64,000 bases of DNA from positions 2,571 to 66,570 of the forward strand of contig JAOAHM010000037.1 in NCBI GenBank assembly GCA_026415235.1. The letters are read 5' to 3'. Within the stretch, counting starts at the first letter, position 1. Every line of letters begins with the position of its first letter. Both the position numbers and the translations under genes were made by a program. Of this stretch, positions 54,621 through 64,000 are shown piece after piece. This stretch comes from Ignavibacteria bacterium. Its GTDB lineage: Bacteria; Bacteroidota; Ignavibacteria; Ch128b. Under the pieces are notes generated by a model. The model was given only the letters and a program-made list of their open reading frames with translations. It made no database searches and was not told the origin of the DNA.

Positions 54621-56084
54621 TTAAATTTCTCGGCGGAGTTTTGCAACTGGAATGCCAAGTTGTTCACGATATTTAGCAACCGTCCGACGAGCAATTTTGA
54701 TTCCTTCTTTGTTCAATATTTTAGCTATCTCATCATCTGGTAGTGGTTTGTTCTTATCTTCGTTTTCGATTATCTCTTTAATTCTAAGTTTAACATTTTT
54801 ATTTGAAACAGCTTCACCGTTTTCAGTTTCTAATCCTTCAGAAAAGAAGTACTTAAGTTCGTGAATTCCTACTGGAGATTGAACATATTTGCCGTTTACA
54901 ACTCTACTGATAGTTGAAATATCTAAATTTAACGGTTCTGCAATATCTTTATAAATCATTGGTTTAAGATGTTTCTCACCATATTCGAAGAAGTCCCGCT
55001 GTTTTTCAACAATTAAATTCATCACTCTTAAGAGAGTTATTTTTCTTTGATTAATAGCATCAATAAACCATTTAGCTGCATCAATCTTTTCTTTAATAAA
55101 TTTTTTTATTTCTTTTTCATCCCCAGATTTAATTTTTTTATACTTCTTTTTAATTATCATTTCGTATTCTGGATTAATTCTAAGTTGAGGTATATTTCTA
55201 TCGTTTAGATAAACCACAAATTTGTTATCTATTTTTTCGACGATTAAATCTGGTGTGATTTGTTGAACATCTGTATTTGTTAAAGTACCTTCCCCAGGTT
55301 TTGGATTTAGATGTTGAATTATGTTGATAGCTTCTTTCAACTCATCACGAGAAATTTTTAAGTTTTTTTCGAGAGCTTCGTAGCGTTTCGATGTGAAATC
55401 ATCAAAATGTTCGGTAATAATTTTTTTTGCAATGTTTTTAATTTTTGGATTAATATCTTTCTCTTCAAGTTGTATTAAAAGACATTCTTGGAGTGTCCTT
55501 GAAGCAATTCCAAGTGGTTCAAAATGTTGTATTTGTTTAAGAAGTTTTTCCGCTTCTTCATAAGAAATTGAAATGTGCTCGAAAAGTTCAAGGTCTTTCA
55601 ATATATCTTCGAGACTAACAGCTAAATATCCATCCTCATCAATGTTTCCAATTATTTCCTCTCCAAGTCTGAACAAATCAGGGGAGAGATTTAATAACCG
55701 AAGCTGGGTCATCAATTGTTCATTTAAACTTTGCTTGGTAGGTGCAGGAATCTCGGTTACTTCAGAATCGTCTTCTTGATAATCGGGAGAGAAAGCTTCT
55801 GGATTATCATTCATGAAATCTTCTAAGGTAAAAGTTTCAATTTCTTCTGATTGAGTGTCCGGTTCTTCTGGAGCAAGGTTTTCTAATTCAGGAGTACTTT
55901 GTATTTCTTCTTGACTTTGGGTTAATTCATCTACTGGAATTTCTTCAAGGGCAGGGTTTAGGTCAAGTTCTTCTTTTATTCTTTGTTCAAGGGATAAGTT
56001 ATTAAGTTGTAATAATTTTTGATATAAAATTTGTTGCGGTAATAACTGAAGTTGCTGAGAAAGTTTCTGATTTAATGTAAGCAT
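54621..56084 (-). CDS. rpoN: RNA polymerase sigma-54 factor
   Basis: Acidic region II, core-binding region, HTH and RpoN box ARRTVAKYRE. Confidence 0.92.
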   Translation of the reverse strand: MLTLNQKLSQQLQLLPQQILYQKLLQLNNLSLEQRIKEELDLNPALEEIPVDELTQSQEEIQSTPELENLAPEEPDTQSEEIETFTLEDFMNDNPEAFSPDYQEDDSEVTEIPAPTKQSLNEQLMTQLRLLNLSPDLFRLGEEIIGNIDEDGYLAVSLEDILKDLELFEHISISYEEAEKLLKQIQHFEPLGIASRTLQECLLIQLEEKDINPKIKNIAKKIITEHFDDFTSKRYEALEKNLKISRDELKEAINIIQHLNPKPGEGTLTNTDVQQITPDLIVEKIDNKFVVYLNDRNIPQLRINPEYEMIIKKKYKKIKSGDEKEIKKFIKEKIDAAKWFIDAINQRKITLLRVMNLIVEKQRDFFEYGEKHLKPMIYKDIAEPLNLDISTISRVVNGKYVQSPVGIHELKYFFSEGLETENGEAVSNKNVKLRIKEIIENEDKNKPLPDDEIAKILNKEGIKIARRTVAKYREQLGIPVAKLRREI

Positions 56085-56087
56085 AAC

Positions 56088-56672
56088 TCATCTTTTCAAT
56101 TTGTTTATTTCTTTTTCTAATTTTTCATACCATTTTTGTCCATACAATCTAATCAAAGCGTCTTTACAAAATTCATAAACATGTGTTTTCGAATCAAGAC
56201 CGCGCGTTAAAGCATCTTCGCAAATTGAAAGAAACTCTGCTCGAAGCACATCATCTCCAAAACTTATTTTTCTAATTGGGAAGAGGTGACATGAAATTGG
56301 TTTTCTAAAATCTATTTCACCTTCAAGATAAGCTTTTTCGATAGCACATTTTGCAATATTATTGTCATAGTAAACAAACACACATTCTTTATCTTCGAAA
56401 GTTCTTGTATGGTATAATCCTTTATGAACTTCAAAAGCTCCATACTTTTTCAATATTTCTACATGTCGTTCTGGTAAATATTTGTATAATTTATCTTTTA
56501 TTTTTTCAAGTAAATCTGCTTCTTCGAAAGTAATCGGTGCGCCGTAAGCATTTTCAATTGTGCAACAAGCACCTTTACATTTTTCTAAATCACATTGAAA
56601 ATACTCATCAATTACTGTACTACTAACCGTAATATCTTCAACTTTTATAAAATACAAACTTCCTTCTGTCAT
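56088..56672 (-). CDS. Cys-rich hypothetical protein (CxxxxCxxxCC motif; DUF3109/UPF0153-like putative metal-binding)
   Basis: CDLEKCKGACC plus additional conserved Cys residues; immediately upstream of rpoN. Confidence 0.45.
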   Translation of the reverse strand: MTEGSLYFIKVEDITVSSTVIDEYFQCDLEKCKGACCTIENAYGAPITFEEADLLEKIKDKLYKYLPERHVEILKKYGAFEVHKGLYHTRTFEDKECVFVYYDNNIAKCAIEKAYLEGEIDFRKPISCHLFPIRKISFGDDVLRAEFLSICEDALTRGLDSKTHVYEFCKDALIRLYGQKWYEKLEKEINKLKR

Positions 56673-56773
56673 GGTCTTAATTAAACAAATTTTGTTGAAC
56701 CTTGAATTTGCAATTTAAAGTAAAATGGATTGATGTCAAAAGTTGATTATAATTATTTAAATTAGAATTCGGT

Positions 56774-58144
56774 ATGATAAAAAATAATGATACAATTTGT
56801 GCAGTTATAACCGCTTATGGAGTAGGTGCAATATCAATAGTGAGAGTAAGCGGTCCAAAAGCTTTAGAAGTTGGTGATAGAATCTTCGTAGGTAAGCATC
56901 GAATTTCTGATTCGCCAACTCACAGGATTTATTATGGTCGTTTAATAAATAATATTGATGATGTATTAGTCTCTGTTTTTAGAAAACCTCATTCTTATAC
57001 TGGAGAAGATTCAATAGAAATTTCTCACCATGGAAATTTTCTAATTACAAGAAAAATTCTGCAGCTTTTAATTGATAATGGTGTTCGACTTGCAGAGCCT
57101 GGTGAGTTCACAAAGAGAGCTTTTATTAATGGTAAAATTGATTTATTACAAGCCGAAGCAGTGTCCGATATTATCCAATCTCGTTCGGACATTGCTGTCC
57201 AAAGCGCTCGAAAACAATTGGACGGAATTTTGTCCGATAAAATCAAGGAAATTAAAGACTACCTGGTCGAAGTAATTGGATTGCTTGAATTGGAACTGGA
57301 CTTTGTCGAGGAAGATATTGAATTTGTTGATAAACATATTCTAATCCAAAAGATTGATAATATCATTAAAATGATATCAAATCTTATTTCAACTTATAAA
57401 AAAGGGAAGATAATTTATGAAGGAATTAATGTACTTATTATTGGAAAGCCAAATGTAGGGAAATCAAGTTTATTAAATAAAATTCTAAATGACGAAAGAG
57501 CTATAGTTAGTGATATACCCGGAACAACTCGTGATGTTATTAAAGAAGAAATTTTTATAGAAGGAAATTTATTTAGATTTTTTGATACGGCGGGCTTAAG
57601 AAAGTCTTCTGACATTATTGAGGAAGAGGGTATAAAAAGAGCAATTCAACTTGTAGAAAAATCTGATATTTTAATTCATTTAGTTGATTATGATTCAATA
57701 GATGAAAATTTGAATGATTTTAATATTGATGCATCTAACAAAAAAATATTCAAAGTTGTAAATAAAATTGATTTACTTTCTACAGAACAACTTATAGAAA
57801 TTCAAAATAAAAATGATGGACTCGATCAAACAATAATACCAATTTCGGCTAAAACTGGTGTTGGAATTGATAAACTTTTTGATTTGTTTAAGCAATACAT
57901 TTATGATAATAATTTGTATTCAGAGGATGTTGCAGTTATAACGAACATAAGACACTACAATTCATTGAAAAGTGCAAAGGATTCGTTAGAAAGTGCGATT
58001 AAGAGTTTACAAGAAGAACAATCAAATGAATTTGTAGCTATTGATTTACGGAAAGCAGCTAATTCATTAAAAGAATTAACGGGAGAAATCACTTCTGAAG
58101 AAATTTTAAATTCAATTTTTTCAAAGTTCTGTATTGGTAAATAG
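56774..58144 (+). CDS. mnmE: tRNA modification GTPase MnmE
   Basis: N-terminal ICAVITAYGVGAISIVRVSG, G-domain GKPNVGKSSLLN / DTAG, C-terminal CIGK. Confidence 0.92.
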   Translation: MIKNNDTICAVITAYGVGAISIVRVSGPKALEVGDRIFVGKHRISDSPTHRIYYGRLINNIDDVLVSVFRKPHSYTGEDSIEISHHGNFLITRKILQLLIDNGVRLAEPGEFTKRAFINGKIDLLQAEAVSDIIQSRSDIAVQSARKQLDGILSDKIKEIKDYLVEVIGLLELELDFVEEDIEFVDKHILIQKIDNIIKMISNLISTYKKGKIIYEGINVLIIGKPNVGKSSLLNKILNDERAIVSDIPGTTRDVIKEEIFIEGNLFRFFDTAGLRKSSDIIEEEGIKRAIQLVEKSDILIHLVDYDSIDENLNDFNIDASNKKIFKVVNKIDLLSTEQLIEIQNKNDGLDQTIIPISAKTGVGIDKLFDLFKQYIYDNNLYSEDVAVITNIRHYNSLKSAKDSLESAIKSLQEEQSNEFVAIDLRKAANSLKELTGEITSEEILNSIFSKFCIGK

Positions 58145-58145
58145 A

Positions 58146-58165
58146 TTTTCACGTGAAAAAATTTG
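58146..58165. promoter_or_regulatory. perfect 12-bp palindrome TTTCACGTGAAA (copy 1, mnmE-mnmG junction)
   Basis: ttttCACGTGaaaaaatttg; a near-identical 21-nt copy is at 60033..60053. Confidence 0.5.
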
Positions 58166-58174
58166 TAAGAGGTT

Positions 58175-60031
58175 ATGAAAGAAAGATATGATGTAATAGT
58201 TATTGGTGGAGGCCACGCAGGTATTGAAGCCTCTGCTGCAGCTGCAAACATGGGACTTCAAGTTGCTTTAATTACCATGAACAAGCAAGCAATTGGTAGA
58301 ATGTCTTGTAACCCTGCTGTCGGAGGAACTGCGAAAGGACATTTAGTAAAAGAGATTGATTCTCTTGGTGGATTAATAGGTCAAATTGCTGATAGAACAG
58401 CAATACAATTCAAAATGCTTAATCGGTCGAAAGGTCCTGCCGTTTGGTCTCCACGAACACAGAATGATAGAGAGCTATACTCTCAAGTTGCCATTGAACT
58501 TCTCTCAAAAATTAAAAATTTAGAAATTTTAGAAGGTATTGTCACAAAGCTTTTGATAAACAATAATAAAGTAAAAGGTGTTGAATTAAACGGTATTAAA
58601 ATATTTTCTAAAGCGGTTGTAATTGCAGCAGGGACATTTCTTAATGGTAAAATGTTCACTGGACGGGCTCAAAGCGAAGGAGGTAGATACGGTGAACCAA
58701 AAGTTACAGGTCTAACTGAAATGTTACAGGAGGTTGGTTTTGTTAGCGGTAGATTGAAAACAGGGACACCCCCGCGATTAGATCGAAAGACTATTGATTT
58801 TTCGGTTATGGAAGAGCAAAAAGGGGATGACCCGCCAGAATTTTTTTCCTATCTTACAACTTCTTATTCATTACCGCAAGTGTCTTGTTTTATTACCTAC
58901 ACAAATCAGAAAACACACGATATTTTAAGAACAGGCTTTGTCGATTCTCCATTATTTACTGGTATTATTAAGGGTGTAGGTCCCAGATATTGTCCTTCCA
59001 TAGAAGATAAGATTTATCGTTTTAGTGATAAAGAAAGACATCATCTCTTTCTTGAACCAGATGGATTAAATACCGATTTAATTTATGTCAATGGTTTTTC
59101 ATCAAGTTTGCCTGCTGATATTCAATTGAAAGCTTTAAGAACAGTACCAGGGCTTGAGAAAGTTGAAATGATTAGACCAGGTTATGCAGTGGAATATGAT
59201 TTCTTTCCACCATATCAAATAGATTTAACTTTAGAAACAAAATTGGTCGAAGGTTTATACTTCGCTGGTCAAATTAACGGGACTTCAGGTTATGAAGAAG
59301 CTGCAGCTCAGGGGATAATGGCCGGAATTAACGCAGCTTTGAAAATTATGGGAGAAGAACCATTGATATTAAAAAGGTCTGAAGCTTACATAGGTGTATT
59401 AATAGATGATTTGGTTAACAAAGGTACTGATGAACCATATCGAATGTTTACTTCGAGAGCGGAATATAGATTAAACTTACGTCAGGATAACGCTGATAGA
59501 AGATTAATGAAATATGGTTATGAATTAGGCTTAATTCCATCTTGGGCTTATGAAAGGGTTCAGAAAAAAGAGGAAGAAATAAATAGAATTATTGACTTTG
59601 CCTATAAAACTTATCTGAGACCTGAACAAGTAAATGAGCTACTTCGAAAGTATGAAACTACTGAAATTGATCAAAACGAATCAATTTCAAAATTGGTAAA
59701 AAGGAAAGATATTAAATTAAAAGAATTACTTGAGATAGGAAATTACAAATTTATTGAAAATGAAAAGTTGTCTAATGAGGCTATTTTCCAAGCAGAAATT
59801 GAATTAAAATATGAAGGATATATCAAGCGACAGAACGAGGACATTCAAAAGTTCTTAGAAAATGAGAATATCTTAATTCCGAAAAATTTCGATTATTCCA
59901 AAATTAAAGCTCTTTCAATGGAAAGTCGAGAAAAACTTGAAAAAATTCGCCCAACTTCATTTGGGCAGGCGAGCAGAATTTCTGGAATTCGAGTTACCGA
60001 CCTTTCAATCCTTCTTGTTCACCTAAAATAA
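58175..60031 (+). CDS. mnmG: tRNA uridine 5-carboxymethylaminomethyl modification enzyme MnmG (GidA)
   Basis: [19 protein letters not shown] fold; 618 aa. Confidence 0.93.
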   Translation: MKERYDVIVIGGGHAGIEASAAAANMGLQVALITMNKQAIGRMSCNPAVGGTAKGHLVKEIDSLGGLIGQIADRTAIQFKMLNRSKGPAVWSPRTQNDRELYSQVAIELLSKIKNLEILEGIVTKLLINNNKVKGVELNGIKIFSKAVVIAAGTFLNGKMFTGRAQSEGGRYGEPKVTGLTEMLQEVGFVSGRLKTGTPPRLDRKTIDFSVMEEQKGDDPPEFFSYLTTSYSLPQVSCFITYTNQKTHDILRTGFVDSPLFTGIIKGVGPRYCPSIEDKIYRFSDKERHHLFLEPDGLNTDLIYVNGFSSSLPADIQLKALRTVPGLEKVEMIRPGYAVEYDFFPPYQIDLTLETKLVEGLYFAGQINGTSGYEEAAAQGIMAGINAALKIMGEEPLILKRSEAYIGVLIDDLVNKGTDEPYRMFTSRAEYRLNLRQDNADRRLMKYGYELGLIPSWAYERVQKKEEEINRIIDFAYKTYLRPEQVNELLRKYETTEIDQNESISKLVKRKDIKLKELLEIGNYKFIENEKLSNEAIFQAEIELKYEGYIKRQNEDIQKFLENENILIPKNFDYSKIKALSMESREKLEKIRPTSFGQASRISGIRVTDLSILLVHLK

Positions 60032-60032
60032 T

Positions 60033-60053
60033 TTTTTCACGTGAAAAATTTGA
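60033..60053. promoter_or_regulatory. perfect 12-bp palindrome TTTCACGTGAAA (copy 2, mnmG-rsmG junction; contains the GTG start of rsmG)
   Basis: ttttttCACGTGaaaaatttg. Confidence 0.5.
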
Positions 60054-60721
60054 ATAATAAACTCTCAGAACTCCTAACCTTAAATAAACTTTCTTTAGAT
60101 GAAAAGAAAATCGAGAGATTGGTGAATTATGCTCAATTACTGTTAACTTTTAACAAAAATATCAATTTAATATCCAGAAAAGATGAAGAAAATATATTAG
60201 AAAGACATATAATTCCGTGTTTAATTTTTTCTACAATGTTCAAAAATATTGAACAAAATGTCTTAGATATTGGTACAGGTGGAGGATTACCAGGGGTTGT
60301 ATTTTCAATTATCAATGAAAAATCTCGCATTACACTGATAGATTCAGTTGGGAAAAAGATAAAAGTCGTTAATGAAATTGTCCAAAAACTTGGATTATTA
60401 AATGTTGAAACAATTTGGACACGTGCCGAAGATAAAAATTTTATTAAAAAATATAGTTACAAATTTGATTTGATAATATCCCGAGCTACTGCAGATTTAG
60501 AAACGCTAATTAAATATTCAAAACCTCTATTAAAAACTGCCGAATCCAAGCTTGCTTGCATGAAAGGTGGTGATAAATTAGAAGAAGAAATCAACTTAGC
60601 AAAAAAAAGATTTAATTATATTGCAATTCAAAAAATACCATTAATTTATTTACCTGAAAATCAAGAAAACATAAATCAAAAATTTATAATAATTGTGGAG
60701 AGGATTAATGGAAGGAAATAA
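60041..60721 (+). CDS. rsmG: 16S rRNA (guanine527-N7)-methyltransferase RsmG (GidB); GTG or TTG start
   Basis: NINLISRKDEENILERHI, LDIGTGGGLPGVVFSI SAM motif. Confidence 0.88.
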   Translation: MKNLNNKLSELLTLNKLSLDEKKIERLVNYAQLLLTFNKNINLISRKDEENILERHIIPCLIFSTMFKNIEQNVLDIGTGGGLPGVVFSIINEKSRITLIDSVGKKIKVVNEIVQKLGLLNVETIWTRAEDKNFIKKYSYKFDLIISRATADLETLIKYSKPLLKTAESKLACMKGGDKLEEEINLAKKRFNYIAIQKIPLIYLPENQENINQKFIIIVERINGRK

Positions 60722-61637
60722 AAAAGTATTTGATGAAATAAAAAATCTTTTAACAGAACAACGAAATCCAGCAAGTATGGATATAGACTCAAAAAGTACA
60801 ATTGAAATCTTAAAAATCATTAATGAAGAAGATAAAAAAGTACCATTCGCCGTAGAAAAAGAAATCCCTTACATTGCTCAAGCAGTAGAATTTGTAGTAG
60901 AATCTTTCAAAAATGGTGGTAGATTACTTTATTTTGGTGCAGGTACAAGTGGGCGATTGGGAATTGTAGATGCAGCTGAGTGCCCACCAACTTTCGGTAC
61001 TCCACACGAAATGGTTCAAGGTTTTATTGCAGGTGGAAGAGAAGCGGTGTTTGTTGCTCAGGAAGGTGCAGAGGATAAAGAAGAAAATGGGGCAAATGAT
61101 GTAATAAAGGCTAATGTAGGACCAAAGGATACTGTCGTTGGTATTGCAGCAAGTCGAAGAACTCCTTATGTAGTTGGAGCCATTAAAAAAGCTAAAGAAT
61201 TAGGTGCGAAAACAGTTTTTATAACAACAAATCCAAGAAAAGATTTTAATATCAAAGAAGTTGATGTTGCAATTTGTCCCGAAGTTGGTCCAGAAGTGAT
61301 AATGGGTTCAACAAGGATGAAGAGTGGTACAGCTCAAAAGTTAGTATTGAATATGATTTCAACAACAGCAATGATTAGAATTGGCAAAGTTTATGAAAAT
61401 ATGATGATAGATTTGCAAATGACCAATCAGAAATTGGTTGAGAGGTCAAAGCGAATTGTCATGATAATAACTGGAGTAAGTTACGAAGAGGCTGAAAAAT
61501 ATCTGAAAGAAGCAAAAGGTAATGTAAAGACGGCACTTGTTATGATATTAGCAAAAGTGCCATACGAAGAAGCTGTGAGAAGATTGCAATTAAGCGAAGG
61601 TTTTGTTCGTAAAGCAATCGAAGGAAAATTTGATTGA
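60708..61637 (+). CDS. murQ: N-acetylmuramic acid 6-phosphate etherase (SIS domain)
   Basis: LYFGAGTSGRLG, ASRRTPYV, C-terminal UBA-like helix. I prefer the start at MEGNKK over the track's 60693. Confidence 0.85.
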   Translation: MEGNKKVFDEIKNLLTEQRNPASMDIDSKSTIEILKIINEEDKKVPFAVEKEIPYIAQAVEFVVESFKNGGRLLYFGAGTSGRLGIVDAAECPPTFGTPHEMVQGFIAGGREAVFVAQEGAEDKEENGANDVIKANVGPKDTVVGIAASRRTPYVVGAIKKAKELGAKTVFITTNPRKDFNIKEVDVAICPEVGPEVIMGSTRMKSGTAQKLVLNMISTTAMIRIGKVYENMMIDLQMTNQKLVERSKRIVMIITGVSYEEAEKYLKEAKGNVKTALVMILAKVPYEEAVRRLQLSEGFVRKAIEGKFD

Positions 61638-61640
61638 GAG

Positions 61641-64000
61641 TTGAAGTACTTAGATACGATTAAAAAAATAACCAAATACAATAATTTGTTCATTCCAATC
61701 TTTGAAAGATTGGAGTGGGATAAGTACATTTCAATTTCAAGAATACCAAAAAGTTTTAAGTCATACCTATCAATTGAACTTTACAGAAATAATTTTTCGC
61801 CAGTATTAATTTGTGAAGATTTCATTTCGGCGAGACAAATTAAATCGGAACTTGAATTAATTGGTTTTGGAGAGGAAGCAATATTATTTTCAATTGATCA
61901 GGAAGATATCCACTCATTATCGCTTGAAGAATTTCTTTCAGTTGCACAGAAAAAGAATCATATTATTCTTACTACTTCAAAGAGTTTAGATGCACAAGTT
62001 CCTGCAAAAGAAGTATTTACAAAGAATCAAATTGAAATTACACCTTCCACTCAACTTACCTATGAAGAGTTAGTTGAATTACTGGAAAGCTTTGGATATT
62101 CAAGACAAAAATTTGTTGAAACTAAAGGTGAATATTCAGTTAGAGGTTATATTGTTGATATTTTTTCTCATTCCCACTCAACTCCAGTGAGAATTGAATT
62201 TGATGGAGATAAAATCACTTCTTTAAGATTATTCGATCCAGAGAGTCAAAGGTCTTTTCAAGTTGTTGATAGTTATTTTATTTATGCCACGAATACATTA
62301 AATAATGTTAATACCGAAACGCTAATTTTAGATTATTTAGTTAATCCAATATTAATTGTCAAAGAGCTTGATTTAATAGATAGGGAATTAGAGAAAAAAA
62401 ATTACAAATTCATTGTTGAAAAAGAATTTCATTCGAAAGAAACAATAAATCTCTATGTTAAGTCGTTACCAACTATTCGAAAAAATTTAGAAATACTTGA
62501 ATTCGAATTCAAAAAATTACTTGAACAGAATTATAAAATTTATATAGTAGCTGATCAGGAGTCACATCTTACCAGATTAAAAGATTTATTAATGGAATAT
62601 TCAGAGTTTTTCCTTGAGAAAATTGATGATGGAACGATTAAGTTTGAAATTCTTCCAGTGCTTGAAGGGTTTATTATTGAAGCAATTAATGTGGCTATTT
62701 TTCCAGAACATCAAATTTTTGAAAGGCCATTTTATACTGCTTCAAAAATTGTTAAGAAACCGAGAACTTCTTCAACCCAGTTTTTGAAAACAATTCAAAA
62801 GGGAGATTATGTTGTTCATTCAGATTTTGGAATTGGGAAATTCATTGGTCTTGAGCAAATAAAATTTAACGATACAACTCACGAAGCAATTAAAATTCTT
62901 TTTGCTGATAATGATGTGGTTTATGTTAATATTAATTATTTGAATAAGGTTAAAAAGTATTCTTCAAAAGAAGGAGCAATTCCAAAACTTTCAAAACCTG
63001 GTTCTGCTGAATGGAAAAACACTAAACAGCGAATCAAAGAAAAAATAAAAGATGCAGTTCAAGAACTTGTTCGACTTTATGCGGAGAGAAAAGCTTCTAA
63101 GGGATTTAAGTTTTCACCTGATACTGTATGGCAAAAAGAACTTGAAGCAAGTTTTTATTATGAAGATACTCCTGATCAAATTCGTGTAACTGAAGAAATA
63201 AAACGAGATATGGAATCTGATTTTCCAATGGATAGACTTGTATGTGGTGATGTGGGATTTGGTAAAACGGAAGTTGCAATTCGTGCAGCTTTCAAAGCAG
63301 TGATGGATAGCAAACAAGTAGCAGTGCTTGTTCCAACGACAATTCTTGCAGAACAACATTACAACACTTTCAAAGATAGATTGGAAAAATATCCAATTGA
63401 AATTGCAATGCTTTCGAGGTTCATTAAGAAATCAGAACAAGTTAAAATTTTGGAAAAATTAAAGAATGGAGAAATTGATATTATTATTGGAACGCATCGG
63501 CTTTTATCCGATGATGTGATTTTCAAAGACCTCGGTTTATTAATTATAGATGAAGAGCATAGATTTGGTGTTTTGGCAAAAGAAAAAATTAGAAAGATTA
63601 AAACAAATGTAGATACACTTTACTTAACAGCTACACCTATTCCCAGAACACTGAATATGGCATTAAGCGGTTTGAGAGATATTTCTTTAATAACCACACC
63701 TCCTCCAAATCGCCTTCCGATTATAACAGAAGTTGCAAGGTTTGATATAAATCGAATCCGTGATATAATTAGATACGAAATAAGCCGTGGTGGACAAGTA
63801 TTTTTTGTTCATGATAGAGTGAAATCAATTCAAAAAATGGCAGATTATCTTCAATCGAATATTCCCGAAGCAAAATTTGCAGTTGCCCATGGACAAATGA
63901 AACCATCTCAACTTGAAGAGGTTCTTCATCAATTCCTTTCGAAGAAATATGATGTTTTGGTAACAACAAAAATTATTGAATCTGGTCTTGATATTCCTAA
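61641..64000 (+). CDS. mfd: transcription-repair coupling factor Mfd, N-terminal ~785 aa (3' end outside window); TTG start
   Basis: Open frame to the window end; CarD-like/TRG region (IKILFADNDVVYVNINYLNKVKKY), DEAD-box helicase motifs GDVGFGKTEVA, LIIDEEHRFG, TATPIPRT; helicase C-terminal domain begins. Confidence 0.85.
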   Translation, partial: MKYLDTIKKITKYNNLFIPIFERLEWDKYISISRIPKSFKSYLSIELYRNNFSPVLICEDFISARQIKSELELIGFGEEAILFSIDQEDIHSLSLEEFLSVAQKKNHIILTTSKSLDAQVPAKEVFTKNQIEITPSTQLTYEELVELLESFGYSRQKFVETKGEYSVRGYIVDIFSHSHSTPVRIEFDGDKITSLRLFDPESQRSFQVVDSYFIYATNTLNNVNTETLILDYLVNPILIVKELDLIDRELEKKNYKFIVEKEFHSKETINLYVKSLPTIRKNLEILEFEFKKLLEQNYKIYIVADQESHLTRLKDLLMEYSEFFLEKIDDGTIKFEILPVLEGFIIEAINVAIFPEHQIFERPFYTASKIVKKPRTSSTQFLKTIQKGDYVVHSDFGIGKFIGLEQIKFNDTTHEAIKILFADNDVVYVNINYLNKVKKYSSKEGAIPKLSKPGSAEWKNTKQRIKEKIKDAVQELVRLYAERKASKGFKFSPDTVWQKELEASFYYEDTPDQIRVTEEIKRDMESDFPMDRLVCGDVGFGKTEVAIRAAFKAVMDSKQVAVLVPTTILAEQHYNTFKDRLEKYPIEIAMLSRFIKKSEQVKILEKLKNGEIDIIIGTHRLLSDDVIFKDLGLLIIDEEHRFGVLAKEKIRKIKTNVDTLYLTATPIPRTLNMALSGLRDISLITTPPPNRLPIITEVARFDINRIRDIIRYEISRGGQVFFVHDRVKSIQKMADYLQSNIPEAKFAVAHGQMKPSQLEEVLHQFLSKKYDVLVTTKIIESGLDIP

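Noticed and set aside
60693-60707. Track start of murQ at 60693 (MWRGLMEGNKK).
   Set aside because: That start overlaps the rsmG 3' end by 29 nt and adds non-conserved residues. The internal ATG at 60708 (MEGNKK) is preferred, although it has no obvious SD.

Overview
This 64-kb window is low-GC DNA (roughly one-third G+C by eye) from an FCB-group bacterium, most likely Ignavibacteria-like. The organism call is an inference from gene content: type-IX-secretion C-terminal sorting domains, an hrcA-grpE-dnaJ heat-shock cluster, rpoN, and a bacterial GGGPS/PcrB homolog. The window is densely coding (~60 genes) and mostly housekeeping. Core genes present are alaS (3' part), gmhA, nadA, purA, secD/secF, ychF, coaD, rsmD, dnaJ-grpE-hrcA, fumC, gap, hslVU, rpoN, mnmE-mnmG-rsmG, murQ and mfd (5' part), plus one tRNA-Lys(CUU). 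Envelope and secreted functions are interspersed: a three-gene outer-membrane operon with two OmpA paralogs carrying near-identical thrombospondin-type-3 Ca-binding repeats; a FadL plus SGNH-hydrolase pair; a ~1000-aa GH57-like hydrolase with a T9SS C-terminal domain; an M19 dipeptidase with an internally placed T9SS-CTD-like domain; GT2/GT4/GT-C glycosyltransferases; a PiT/DUF47 phosphate module; and a CDF exporter. I found no rRNA, CRISPR array, transposase, integrase or phage genes. The most unusual items are (1) an SfsA-DUF123 two-nuclease-domain fusion translationally coupled to an unknown membrane protein, (2) the dipeptidase with a mis-placed T9SS sorting domain, (3) a purine-rich GGA-motif hairpin cluster upstream of nadA, (4) a duplicated ~70-nt intergenic element downstream of the GH57 gene, (5) a perfect TTTCACGTGAAA palindrome at both gene junctions of the mnmE-mnmG-rsmG operon, and (6) an internally duplicated unknown protein immediately upstream of gap. 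All calls come from reading the sequence and ORF translations; no database search was run.
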